Positions 49,069 to 56,836 of a DNA stretch of 64,000 nucleotides are shown here, one piece after another; position 1 is the stretch's first letter, and every line of letters starts with the position of its first letter. This stretch comes from a virus. Below the pieces are notes generated by a model, which saw nothing but the letters and a program-made list of their open reading frames with translations, was not told where the DNA came from and ran no database searches. Position numbers and translations under genes: made by a program. The DNA lies in the IMG/VR virus record IMGVR_UViG_3300027771_000011, positions 1-64,000 of that record. The stretch is one strand, 5' to 3'.

Positions 49069-49422
49069 AATGGCAGCAAATATGAAGCACTTCTTGAAGA
49101 ACGGAAAATTCTAGAGGTAGGGTAATGACAACATCACTGAGAAAGAAACTTGAGAAGGACGCTGCTCGTTATCGCTATTTGAGGGACACTCAAAACAACG
49201 GCTGTAGAGATGTTGATTGGGATAATAGTGATGAGCCGAATAGGGTTGGTGTTATTGATCACATATTTATTTATTTGGGGGATGGTGTGTGGGACAGTGA
49301 TGCTGACATGATGGATGAATCCATCGATAACGCAATGCTTTTATTTCCAAAAGAAGCGGAAGAAAAAAATGAAGAAGGGGTATTAGAATGGCAGCAAAGA
49401 TGAGGCACTTCCTAAAGAACGG
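49050..49422 (+). repeat. 55-bp direct repeat (49050-49104 and 49368-49422) flanking an inserted gene
   Basis: First 31 bp identical (AATGAAGAAGGGGTATTAGAATGGCAGCAAA), then 4 mismatches in the next 24 bp. Confidence 0.9.
49125..49403 (+). CDS. Hypothetical protein with DAARYRYLR motif, lying between the direct repeats
   Basis: ORF track; the motif is recalled from lambdoid early-region proteins. Confidence 0.65.
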   Translation: MTTSLRKKLEKDAARYRYLRDTQNNGCRDVDWDNSDEPNRVGVIDHIFIYLGDGVWDSDADMMDESIDNAMLLFPKEAEEKNEEGVLEWQQR

Positions 49423-49558
49423 CACTGAATGGAAAGGTGACATTCACAAGACCGGTACGATGGCTATGACGGGCGCGAAGCATACGTCTTCTAGCAAGAA
49501 TCTTTTTCACATGAAAGATCTTTCAGCTTCAGCAATGGCTCGTGCAAAAAAGAAATAA
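49388..49558 (+). CDS. 56-aa basic protein (not in ORF track)
   Basis: Hand translation MAAKMRHFLKNGTEWKGDIHKTG ... HTSSSKNLFHMKDLS ... AKKK. Confidence 0.7.
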   Translation: MAAKMRHFLKNGTEWKGDIHKTGTMAMTGAKHTSSSKNLFHMKDLSASAMARAKKK

Positions 49559-50030
49559 CTTGAGACCTGAGAGCAACGAAGATAAGAAGGCGTGGTGCGA
49601 ATACGGAGACCGAACTGAGTTAGAGTTTGTGTCAAAAATGTTGGCATCGAAGTGCAGCGTCTTCATGAATCCCGCAAAGGAAGAGAACAAGTTCACACAT
49701 GATTTTTTCATTGTGATGCCGTCTGATCTCAAGACAATACGAACTAGATTCAGGACAGCAGATCGCTATGGAATTCCTAGTCACTCAGCTATCACTCTGA
49801 ACAAGAAAGATGTGGATAGGTACGATGATAAATACCCACACATCATCATCATCTTTGATGTGAAGTACGAAGATTTTTCTCGGGTGTGTTACGCCCCGAT
49901 AAGAGACATAAAGAAAGCGATTCGCAGGGGTGCCGCAAAGCTGCACACCTACACAAACAGAGTGAATGACACGCAGGGTAATGCAAAAGAATCGTGGGTG
50001 TTAGACTCCATGTGGTTTAAAGAAATATAA
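49542..50030 (+). CDS. Hypothetical protein, possibly PD-(D/E)XK nuclease fold
   Basis: G..E..F ... HD ... DLK pattern; start uncertain. Confidence 0.55.
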   Translation: MQKRNNLRPESNEDKKAWCEYGDRTELEFVSKMLASKCSVFMNPAKEENKFTHDFFIVMPSDLKTIRTRFRTADRYGIPSHSAITLNKKDVDRYDDKYPHIIIIFDVKYEDFSRVCYAPIRDIKKAIRRGAAKLHTYTNRVNDTQGNAKESWVLDSMWFKEI

Positions 50031-50037
50031 GTTCTGC

Positions 50038-50066
50038 TTGACGCGCAGAATGCCAGTGAGTATCAT
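50038..50066 (+). promoter_or_regulatory. Sigma70 promoter pointing into the att core, overlapped by a 19-bp palindromic operator
   Basis: TTGACG-17-TATCAT; palindrome TTCTGCTTGACGCGCAGAA at 50032-50050. Confidence 0.6.
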
Positions 50067-50225
50067 GCGCTTGCTTTACAAGAAGACCAGAAAGTTTTGG
50101 ACTTACTGTAACGTAAGTTACTGTAGTATAACGTGACACAACGTACTGATTGACACGCAGAAATGCAGGTAATATCTATACGATTGTTATATAAATCAAT
50201 GACTTAGCTAAATGGGCTACCCTTT

Positions 50226-50270
50226 TTTACACGCAGAGGGTCGGCGGTTCAAACCCGTCATCACCCACCA
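50226..50270 (+). other. att core = 3' half of tRNA-Val(UAC), from anticodon loop to CCA
   Basis: TTTACACGCAGAGGGTCGGCGGTTCAAACCCGTCATCACCCACCA: anticodon TAC, T-arm GGTTCAAA and CCA end. No D-arm or 5' acceptor strand upstream. Confidence 0.9.
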
Positions 50271-50286
50271 ATTACTTATTAAAATC

Positions 50287-50311
50287 AGACACTTAGCGGT
50301 GTCTTTTTTTT
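50287..50311 (+). terminator. Terminator just after the att core
   Basis: AGACAC-TTAGCG-GTGTCT followed by a T run. Confidence 0.7.
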
Positions 50312-50374
50312 GGCCTAAATTTCTTGGACTTACTTTGGACTTACTTTGGACTTGCGTGCCACGCAGATAATACA

Positions 50375-51568
50375 TCAGGCAGACTTCTTGCTAGGGTTAA
50401 GCGCTTCGATTGATGCACGATTTAATACGTCTAGTGTGGGCGTTGCCTCCTGCCAAACAATATCTTCGTGACCTCTTCCGTAGTTCTCCGTCATCTCTAG
50501 ATTAGCATGACCAGCCAACTGCTGAGGGTACTCTTTAGTTTGCTTCTGAATAAGATATATCCCTAGCGCTCTACCTTGGTGAAATGCTGGCTGTTCATTC
50601 ATTGATAGATCAGGATAAGGGTTAGCTAAGTCTCGTATCCGCTTGAACTCGTCAGACAAATACTTCGGGTACACCTTTGTGTAGTGAACATCATCTTCTC
50701 GTCCTGCGTTGCGGAGCCTCGGCTTCCGGTGAATTAGAAATGGGCTTGCTATGTTATCTCTGCACTGGTTTACAATAGCTCGAAGCTCTGGCGTTATCTC
50801 AATCTTGAGATAGCCCATGTCAGAATATTTCTCGGTCTTCTGCTGAATCACTTCAATAGAAGTGTCAGTCGATTTAGGCATCCGTATATTTAATATGTCA
50901 GCTCTTCGCTGAAGTGTCGTCAGTGCCAAGTTCATCGCACATCGCAACCATAGAGGGCATTCAGGATGGTCATAGATGGCCATCCAACCCTCGAAAGTAT
51001 GACGCTTCATGACACGTTTAGTTTTAACTGGCTTGGTCATATCAACAGGATTAGAATTACCGGTGATGTAACCTTTGGTGAGAGCGTACTGCATCATCAT
51101 CTTTAGGTTTTTACGCGTTGCGTTTCTTGCGTGAGGTGTACCAGAATCCTCATCATCTTCTTCGGGGTCATAGACTAAATCAAACAGCTCGTTTATCTTC
51201 AGGAGTGTAAACTGTTCCAAGGGAAGGTCAGGCATGTATTTAATTACCTTGTTCATCATCGTCTTCCGTTCAGCGATCAACGAGTCAGAGAAGTTGTCTA
51301 TATTTTTCTCGACAACATTAAGATACTTGGCGCACAGATCTCTCAGCTTCATACGAGTGCCGATGATCGACTCTGTTAAGTCAGTGCGTACAATGAGGAT
51401 AGAATTTGCTTGGTTAGCTGCACGAATTGCTTCGCCTCTGTTGGTGCCGAGTGACACATCTTTGCCAGCTGGTGCGTTGACGTAACGATAATAATCTGTC
51501 CCGTTGGAAGAGTTTATTTTCAGATACATTGGAAGTCCCTTAGTCTTACTTGATTGACGTTTCCTCAT
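50375..51568 (-). CDS. int: Tyrosine integrase (lambda Int-like, with arm-binding N-terminal domain)
   Basis: Catalytic R (QRRADIL), K (QQKT), HxxR (FHQGR), H (LAGH) and Y (TENYG); N-terminal YYRY ... SLGT ... EAI. Confidence 0.95.
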   Translation of the reverse strand: MRKRQSSKTKGLPMYLKINSSNGTDYYRYVNAPAGKDVSLGTNRGEAIRAANQANSILIVRTDLTESIIGTRMKLRDLCAKYLNVVEKNIDNFSDSLIAERKTMMNKVIKYMPDLPLEQFTLLKINELFDLVYDPEEDDEDSGTPHARNATRKNLKMMMQYALTKGYITGNSNPVDMTKPVKTKRVMKRHTFEGWMAIYDHPECPLWLRCAMNLALTTLQRRADILNIRMPKSTDTSIEVIQQKTEKYSDMGYLKIEITPELRAIVNQCRDNIASPFLIHRKPRLRNAGREDDVHYTKVYPKYLSDEFKRIRDLANPYPDLSMNEQPAFHQGRALGIYLIQKQTKEYPQQLAGHANLEMTENYGRGHEDIVWQEATPTLDVLNRASIEALNPSKKSA

Positions 51569-51773
51569 TTCTATCTCCTAGAATAATTTTACTAAGTAAA
51601 GGATCAGCGAGTAGTGGGTCGCCAATTTTAAGATCTATGTAATATTTCCTGCCTATTTTTTGAGCAACAAGATCACCCTTTGCAATCCATTCTAACATCA
51701 CTCGTTTAGATGGAGCAGATGATGGTGTGAACCTCACTTCTCTGTACTCATCAAGCGTCATCAACTTTCTCAT
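51546..51773 (-). CDS. xis: Excisionase
   Basis: LMTLDEY ... PS ... WI..G ... KIGRKYYI winged-helix pattern; overlaps the int start. Confidence 0.85.
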   Translation of the reverse strand: MRKLMTLDEYREVRFTPSSAPSKRVMLEWIAKGDLVAQKIGRKYYIDLKIGDPLLADPLLSKIILGDRNEETSIK

Positions 51774-51924
51774 CTGAAATTTCCTCCGAACTTATTTCTG
51801 TAATTATTGTTGACGGGCTTAGACCCAGATCAACGCTGTCTTTTTTTCTCTGACCGCGATAGAACGCCTTGTCATTCTGCTCTCTGTTGATCTGATCAGC
51901 TGTTAACTTTATGATTTTTGCCAT
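51751..51924 (-). CDS. Hypothetical protein
   Basis: Fills the operon gap upstream of xis; start uncertain. Confidence 0.45.
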   Translation of the reverse strand: MAKIIKLTADQINREQNDKAFYRGQRKKDSVDLGLSPSTIITEISSEEISDEKVDDA

Positions 51925-52123
51925 GTTTTTTATCCATTGCTTGTTCAAAAGATCTAGCATTCAATTGAGACGGAGTCAGCCGTTGCGCAAGACTAACCTC
52001 ACCCATCGCCACTTGCTTAATTTCTCCCCCGTCATTAAGAAACTTCTCAACATCATCTGCAATTTTGTTTCTCAAAGTTTTCTTCTTATCTGGTGATTGG
52101 TACAAAGTGTTATCGTCTCTCAT
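51896..52123 (-). CDS. SutA-like putative RNA-polymerase-binding protein
   Basis: KKKTLRNKIADDVEKFLNDGGEIKQV matches the recalled SutA pattern K..R..LA...E.FL..GG.V..I. Confidence 0.6.
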   Translation of the reverse strand: MRDDNTLYQSPDKKKTLRNKIADDVEKFLNDGGEIKQVAMGEVSLAQRLTPSQLNARSFEQAMDKKHGKNHKVNS

Positions 52124-52127
52124 GTGT

Positions 52128-52280
52128 CTACTCAATAAGTGTTAACAATATTTCCAAGGCTTCGATGTCTTCCTTCGACATTTGTTTGAAGCTGGTACTC
52201 GATAATATTTCTGATAGCAAATCAGATTTTTGATCTAGCAATACGATCCTTTGCTCTATCTTTTTCTTTAAATCTTTCAT
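52128..52280 (-). CDS. 50-aa helical protein (not in ORF track)
   Basis: Hand translation MKDLKKKIEQRIVLLDQK ... LLTLIE; ATGA overlap with the upstream gene. Confidence 0.55.
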   Translation of the reverse strand: MKDLKKKIEQRIVLLDQKSDLLSEILSSTSFKQMSKEDIEALEILLTLIE

Positions 52281-52591
52281 GCTAATCTCTCGTTCTCATT
52301 CAGTATGTCAATACGTGATCTAAACCACGCTCTCTTAGCACTCACACTGCGAGGGTTTCTGTTGAACATCTCTGCAAGTTTCTGATTGGAGAGTTGAATG
52401 TTTGATAGAAACTTTACACACTCTTCGTGCGTCCACTCTTTGCGTTTCTGTTTGCGAAGTCCCAGTGTGATCGCTCGTTCTCTGACACTGCGAGGATCTC
52501 TTCCTATTGACATTGCAACGTCAAAATAAGTATTCGTTTTATAATGTTCACGAATGAACAAGTCTTCATCAGCGGTGTAATGCCTAGCCAT
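52277..52591 (-). CDS. Small HTH/Myb-like repeat protein
   Basis: Two repeats: YTADED ... IGRDPRSVRERA and WTHEE ... FNRNPRSVSAKR. Confidence 0.65.
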   Translation of the reverse strand: MARHYTADEDLFIREHYKTNTYFDVAMSIGRDPRSVRERAITLGLRKQKRKEWTHEECVKFLSNIQLSNQKLAEMFNRNPRSVSAKRAWFRSRIDILNENERLA

Positions 52592-52832
52592 AAGGTGTCC
52601 ACCCAATCTTTCCAGTGATGAACGGGTTGTAGTTGCAAGGATTGATTTTTAATTCCTCTTGAGCAAGTCTCCTCTGCGTGCCACCAGTAGGATCTGTTAC
52701 CCCCAATCGTGACGCCAACATCTTCACTGAGGATTCGGGTCTTTGAATCTCATCAGCAATAGATCTCACGGTCATGATGTTGTAATTCGTAGCAACAAAA
52801 GAAATTTCTGCGTCTGTCCAAAACCTACCCAT
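52584..52832 (-). CDS. Small HTH/Myb-like protein
   Basis: WTDAEI ... IADEIQRPESSVKMLASRLG. Confidence 0.65.
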   Translation of the reverse strand: MGRFWTDAEISFVATNYNIMTVRSIADEIQRPESSVKMLASRLGVTDPTGGTQRRLAQEELKINPCNYNPFITGKIGWTPYG

Positions 52833-52833
52833 G

Positions 52834-53262
52834 TTATTTCTCCAACCGATAAAAAATATGAGTGCCCACTTTGACTATTCTCTGAGTTGATTCAGACCTA
52901 GCCCACTTGGGTGAAACGTAATCCGTATGATAGTGAGTCGCCCCCTCCATAAAGTTTCTGTGATCACCTTCCATTACGTTAGACGCAAGAACTTGTGCGC
53001 TTACCCACGCGTCCATGTCTTTTGGTGAGTCATCTAATCCGTCACAAAAAAAGCTGAACTGGCACGCATGCCTGATCATTATTTTTGGATTCCATTTTTG
53101 GGTTCGGCCTTGCGTCACCACGCCACAAACTGAGTCTGGATAACGCTCATCATCGACTCGGTTCAGAATGACGAAGGCGACCCCTAGCTGCCCGACCAAT
53201 GGTTCTGATCGAGCTTCCCAGTAAATGGCAGCAGCAAGGCAAAGAACGGGGATCTCAAACAT
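52834..53262 (-). CDS. Cell wall hydrolase (SleB / Hydrolase_2)
   Basis: CLAAAIYWEARSE, VILNRV ... YPDSVCGVV, CQFSF, GATHYH ... P.W and HIFY motifs. Confidence 0.9.
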   Translation of the reverse strand: MFEIPVLCLAAAIYWEARSEPLVGQLGVAFVILNRVDDERYPDSVCGVVTQGRTQKWNPKIMIRHACQFSFFCDGLDDSPKDMDAWVSAQVLASNVMEGDHRNFMEGATHYHTDYVSPKWARSESTQRIVKVGTHIFYRLEK

Positions 53263-53267
53263 ATTTT

Positions 53268-53639
53268 TTATCCAAAAATGCGGCTGAAAATTCGGGATAA
53301 GAGGGAGTCTTCTTGTCTGTCCGGAGCGACATGCACCACCGGATTGTAAGGAGCATTCTTTCGCAATGGTTTTGGCGCATGAGGATTTGATCCGAGATCT
53401 GATCCGTCAATAAACGCTTGGCTGTGCCGCCTTAGCTCAGCAAGAGTAGGTGACACTCTGCGTCTTTCAAGACTCGAGTAAAGTTTAGGACAGCGCATCT
53501 CACACTCAGAGTGCAGCGCATATCTGACTCGGCCTGTTGACAATCCGACACGAGACGCTGTTGCATTAATGGACACACCCTCGAGGGTGAGGGTAAATGC
53601 TTCAATGTTGAGGCTTGTACTTTTATATTTTCGTAGCAT
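53268..53639 (-). CDS. Hypothetical HTH-like protein
   Basis: CTAGGAG RBS; EGVSINATASRVGLSTGRVRYAL looks HTH-like. Confidence 0.6.
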   Translation of the reverse strand: MLRKYKSTSLNIEAFTLTLEGVSINATASRVGLSTGRVRYALHSECEMRCPKLYSSLERRRVSPTLAELRRHSQAFIDGSDLGSNPHAPKPLRKNAPYNPVVHVAPDRQEDSLLSRIFSRIFG

Positions 53640-53698
53640 GTTAACTCCTAGGCTTTCACCGGCCTTATGACCGGTGGTGTGTTAGTTGAGGCGACTTT

Positions 53699-54187
53699 TT
53701 AAAAAGGGATGTCATCATCAAAGTCATCATCGGCAGGTGGCTGTTGCTGCTGCTGTTGCTTTTGAGGAGCACGCTGTTGCTGAGGAGCACGCTGTTGCTG
53801 AGGAGCACGCTGTTGCTGACCACCACCACCTTCTTTGCTACCAAGCATCTGAATCTTTCCATCAAATCCATCGACAACGATGTCAGTTGAATAGCGATCT
53901 TCACCTGAGTTTTTGTCTTGGTATTTGCTTGTGACGACCTTACCCCTCACGAACAACTTGTCGCCTGAGTTAATGTATTGAGATAAATTTTCTGCTGTCT
54001 TTCCAAAAACTGTGACGCGATGCCATTCAGTTTTTTCCTGACGCTCACCTGACGCTTTATCTTTCCACTTCTCAGATGTGGCTAAGCTAAGCTTCATAAT
54101 TTTACTGCCGTTTTTTGTATCTCGAACATCGGGCTGCTGACCCACGTTACCTATCAGATTGACTTCATTCATTTGGTACTTCTCCAT
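53699..54187 (-). CDS. ssb: Single-stranded DNA-binding protein
   Basis: NEVNLIGNVGQQPDVR, LATSEKWKDK, EKTEWHRV and acidic tail DDFDDDIPF. Start may be 54172. Confidence 0.95.
   Translation of the reverse strand: MEKYQMNEVNLIGNVGQQPDVRDTKNGSKIMKLSLATSEKWKDKASGERQEKTEWHRVTVFGKTAENLSQYINSGDKLFVRGKVVTSKYQDKNSGEDRYSTDIVVDGFDGKIQMLGSKEGGGGQQQRAPQQQRAPQQQRAPQKQQQQQQPPADDDFDDDIPF
53763..53816. repeat. Three exact 18-bp tandem repeats in the SSB linker (QQRAPQ)
   Basis: TGAGGAGCACGCTGTTGC x3. Confidence 0.9.
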
Positions 54188-54364
54188 AATTAAATTAAAG
54201 CTGGTAAGGCCAGCAAATCCTCAAGATCATGCAAGCGGAAACAGTCGCATGTTAGCTACTGAAAGACTCACACTCTTGATGCAGAGGTTTTTCAATGCGA
54301 GGCACTCACTGCTTATCCTCATGCTGCACCTATCCCCGAGGGGCCGTGTGCAGAACGGACACAT

Positions 54365-55258
54365 CTACTTTGTCGCTGCAACTCTAAAATAGCTGCTGCT
54401 CTTTCCGCGATACTGTTCAAGATCGACACCATCTAGTGATGGCACTTTCTTGTAATTTATATTTCCTTTGCGCTCAGCTTGAGTGACGCGAACACCACCA
54501 CCCTCACAGTCTCTGTCTCCAGAGAGATCAATGAGACGCCCACGCGCTTCGTCTACGCGCTCTTTGGCTTCAGCCAGTAATGCGTTGGCTTCAGTCCATT
54601 CGTTTGCGACAGACGTAAACTCAGCGTCCTTGCGTTGCAGAACCCCATCACCTTTCATCTCATCACTCTTAAGCAATGCCCAGAATTCAGCCCACTTTTC
54701 CATTAGACGATTGATGTCTTCTTGGTTTCGATCAATGGTGATCTGAAGGTGCGACTTGTCACGCGCATCGTAGATAAACAACTTGGCTTCTTTGGCATCA
54801 GCGACAAACATCTGCTGCTGAATCTGCCAATAATATTGAGGAGGGCACTCACCCTTCTCAACAAGTAGCCAAGTCTTGCTTTGCTTACCTTGGTAGGGGC
54901 ACTTGATTTCAGAGACATGACCTGTACTGCCATCAAACTCCACAGATTTGCCGTCAAGAGACGCTGATAAAGGGAGGCCATTATGCTCACGGGTAACAAC
55001 AACAGGGGCGTAGAACTCATCGTTGACTTTCTCTGCCGCTATACGCGCCTCGTCCTCGTGGGTGTGACCCCATTCGGTAGCGACATTGCCAACAAAAGGA
55101 ATACCATTGCCTCGATACCAGTTGAGGAGGCTGTCCCAAGTATTTGGAGTGAACGTCTGAACACCCATGATTAAACCAGCAGAACTGGCATTACAGTGAA
55201 CGCGTCTGTGATCCATCCATGCGTCAGTGTTCTGCTCCAGCTGGGCTAAAGAGTTCAT
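54365..55258 (-). CDS. YqaJ-like (lambda-exonuclease family) recombination nuclease
   Basis: EQNTDAWMDHR, WGHTHEDEAR, SASLDG, EIKCP and YYWQIQQQM motifs. Confidence 0.92.
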   Translation of the reverse strand: MNSLAQLEQNTDAWMDHRRVHCNASSAGLIMGVQTFTPNTWDSLLNWYRGNGIPFVGNVATEWGHTHEDEARIAAEKVNDEFYAPVVVTREHNGLPLSASLDGKSVEFDGSTGHVSEIKCPYQGKQSKTWLLVEKGECPPQYYWQIQQQMFVADAKEAKLFIYDARDKSHLQITIDRNQEDINRLMEKWAEFWALLKSDEMKGDGVLQRKDAEFTSVANEWTEANALLAEAKERVDEARGRLIDLSGDRDCEGGGVRVTQAERKGNINYKKVPSLDGVDLEQYRGKSSSYFRVAATK

Positions 55259-55905
55259 GACGCCACCGCCAGCTCATCTCCGTCAGTAGGTGCAACCTTC
55301 TCAGCTACGAGTAAGGTTTTGTGCAACTTTCTAATTGCACGTTCAGCTTGCTCTGAAGTCATGTCGCTGATTGCTTTTAGCTTCAGACCTTTGGTTACGT
55401 TTGCGATGTCTACACCAGCCTCCGCTGCCATATCTTTCACAGATTTGATCTCCAACTTGGACGCCATGCGGATCAGTTCTATAGGCTGAGCTTGTTCGCC
55501 CTCTGGATCATCGTCTGTTCTTATAGAGGCATCGTTGTCAGTCTGTGTTAGTCCCGCAATTGCACTACAGGAGTACCTGCGCAAATAAGTTATCGAGCTA
55601 CCAAGACACTGTATTGCTGAGTTGCCCTTGGCCATTTCGATCTGACAAGAGACTGAATCTTTTATCCATTCTCCAGAGCTGTGTGAGAGCATGGTCGTGA
55701 CACAAGCATTCGCTCCATCGTTACTGGGCGTTTGAATGAGAGCGATCTCATATTTAGGTAGCGTCTGGCGTAGCATGTCCAGAATCACACCGAGATCAGC
55801 GTAGTTATAATTGTAAGCAGCGGTGCCTTTGTATACGTTGATCATTTCGGCTTGTGCTTGAGAAAGGGCGAGGCTTATAGCCCCAATGTTTTCGGAAGTT
55901 TCCAT
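55255..55905 (-). CDS. erf: ERF-family single-strand annealing protein
   Basis: YNYADL, TMLSHSSGEWI and GSSITYLRRYS ... DNDA motifs. Confidence 0.92.
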   Translation of the reverse strand: METSENIGAISLALSQAQAEMINVYKGTAAYNYNYADLGVILDMLRQTLPKYEIALIQTPSNDGANACVTTMLSHSSGEWIKDSVSCQIEMAKGNSAIQCLGSSITYLRRYSCSAIAGLTQTDNDASIRTDDDPEGEQAQPIELIRMASKLEIKSVKDMAAEAGVDIANVTKGLKLKAISDMTSEQAERAIRKLHKTLLVAEKVAPTDGDELAVAS

Positions 55906-55925
55906 TGTAATACTCCTAGTTAATA

Positions 55926-55980
55926 TTTCGTAAATACGAAACGCTTAGTCAAGAATACCATCCGAAATTAATTCCGTCAA
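55926..55980 (-). promoter_or_regulatory. pL-like leftward promoter plus palindromic operator
   Basis: Minus strand TTGACG (55980-55975)-17-TATTCT with a TGn extension; TTTCGTAAATACGAAA palindrome at 55926-55941. Confidence 0.7.
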
Positions 55981-56016
55981 TGGTAGGGTAACTTAGGCTT
56001 GTATTTCTTATAGGCG

Positions 56017-56044
56017 AAAAAAAACACCACGAAGGTGTCTTTTT
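56017..56044. terminator. Terminator ending the repressor transcript (possibly bidirectional)
   Basis: A8-ACACC-ACGAA-GGTGT-C-T5 arrangement. Confidence 0.6.
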
Positions 56045-56063
56045 ATTTTGAATTAAAACCTAC

Positions 56064-56228
56064 TTAATTCTGGGGTTCATTTAGTATACGTTCAATATAT
56101 CTAAGTACAGATAATTTTTGATCTACTTTTAGTCTATCGAATTTTAAAAGAATTCTTATTATTTCTTTTCTTCTTTCGTCATTCTCTGACAAATCATCAG
56201 TGGTTAATCCATTACCATCCTGAATCAT
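56064..56228 (-). CDS. 54-aa protein downstream of the repressor (not in ORF track)
   Basis: Hand translation MIQDGNGLTTDDLSENDERRKEIIRILLKFDRL ... EPQN; ends before the terminator. Confidence 0.45.
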   Translation of the reverse strand: MIQDGNGLTTDDLSENDERRKEIIRILLKFDRLKVDQKLSVLRYIERILNEPQN

Positions 56229-56295
56229 ATCACTATCCTTGGAACCATCTCTTGGCTCGTCATCTATTACTCAAATCATTCAGAATCCCTTAGAG

Positions 56296-56613
56296 TTATT
56301 GTTCATTTGTATCAGTATTTAATGCTGATATAAACTGCTTAACCATTGCTAATTGATTGTCATTCATTCCAGACATTAACAACGAGAGTTCCTGTATCTC
56401 ACTAGGCTGAGAGTTAAAAGTTAATAACTCTTCTGGCGTAGTGCCTAATTTTTTACTCAGTTTTTCTAGTAGCTGAAGACTAAGACCTTGTTGCCCATTC
56501 TCGAACCGACAAAGATTCCCGCTGGAAGTTCCTATTTCTTTCGCTACTTCTTTTTGCTTAAGACCTTTTTCTACTCTTAGCTTTTTTGCTGTTGGCCCTA
56601 TGAGTAATTTCAT
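56296..56613 (-). CDS. XRE-family repressor (cI-like, no S24 peptidase domain)
   Basis: LRVEKGLKQKEVAKEIGTSSGNLCRFENG HTH; AGGAG RBS; divergent from the cro-like gene. Confidence 0.8.
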   Translation of the reverse strand: MKLLIGPTAKKLRVEKGLKQKEVAKEIGTSSGNLCRFENGQQGLSLQLLEKLSKKLGTTPEELLTFNSQPSEIQELSLLMSGMNDNQLAMVKQFISALNTDTNEQ

Positions 56614-56836
56614 AACGTTCTCCTAAACATTCTCGATCAAGGGTAGACGAGGATGCCCAGTTTGTACCAAAGTTAATTTTAATAGCGGTCATAGCATCTC
56701 TTGCTGTCATTATTCTTTTATTTAAACGGCAAAGTCTAAGAAGAGATATATAGCTATTAGATGTAATGTAATTCCATTTGGAGATACATGTTTGTTCACG
56801 ACAAACCCTAAACAAGTGTGTATTAAGTAAGCTCAT
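56558..56836 (-). CDS. Hypothetical protein in the immunity region
   Basis: GGAG RBS before ATG 56836; overlaps both neighbours. Confidence 0.4.
   Translation of the reverse strand: MSLLNTHLFRVCREQTCISKWNYITSNSYISLLRLCRLNKRIMTARDAMTAIKINFGTNWASSSTLDRECLGERYEITHRANSKKAKSRKRS

Larger units (their letters stand above)
50095..50355. mobile_element. attP: attP: tRNA-Val core, Int arm-type repeats and IHF site
   Basis: TTGGACTTACT at 50097-50107, 50324-50334 and 50335-50345, partial at 50346-50353; IHF consensus AATCAATGACTTA at 50194-50206; adjacent to the 3' end of int. Confidence 0.88.

Noticed and set aside
50190-50270. Complete tRNA-Val gene
   Set aside because: Only the anticodon loop to CCA is present; upstream sequence cannot form the D-arm or 5' acceptor strand.
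53657-53676. CACCGG-N8-CCGGTG hairpin resembling the 747-769 stem
   Set aside because: Only 6 bp shared and the loops differ; could be chance or a simple ssb 3' hairpin.
53763-53816. 18-bp triple repeat as a regulatory array
   Set aside because: It encodes the disordered Gln-rich SSB linker, where such expansions are ordinary.
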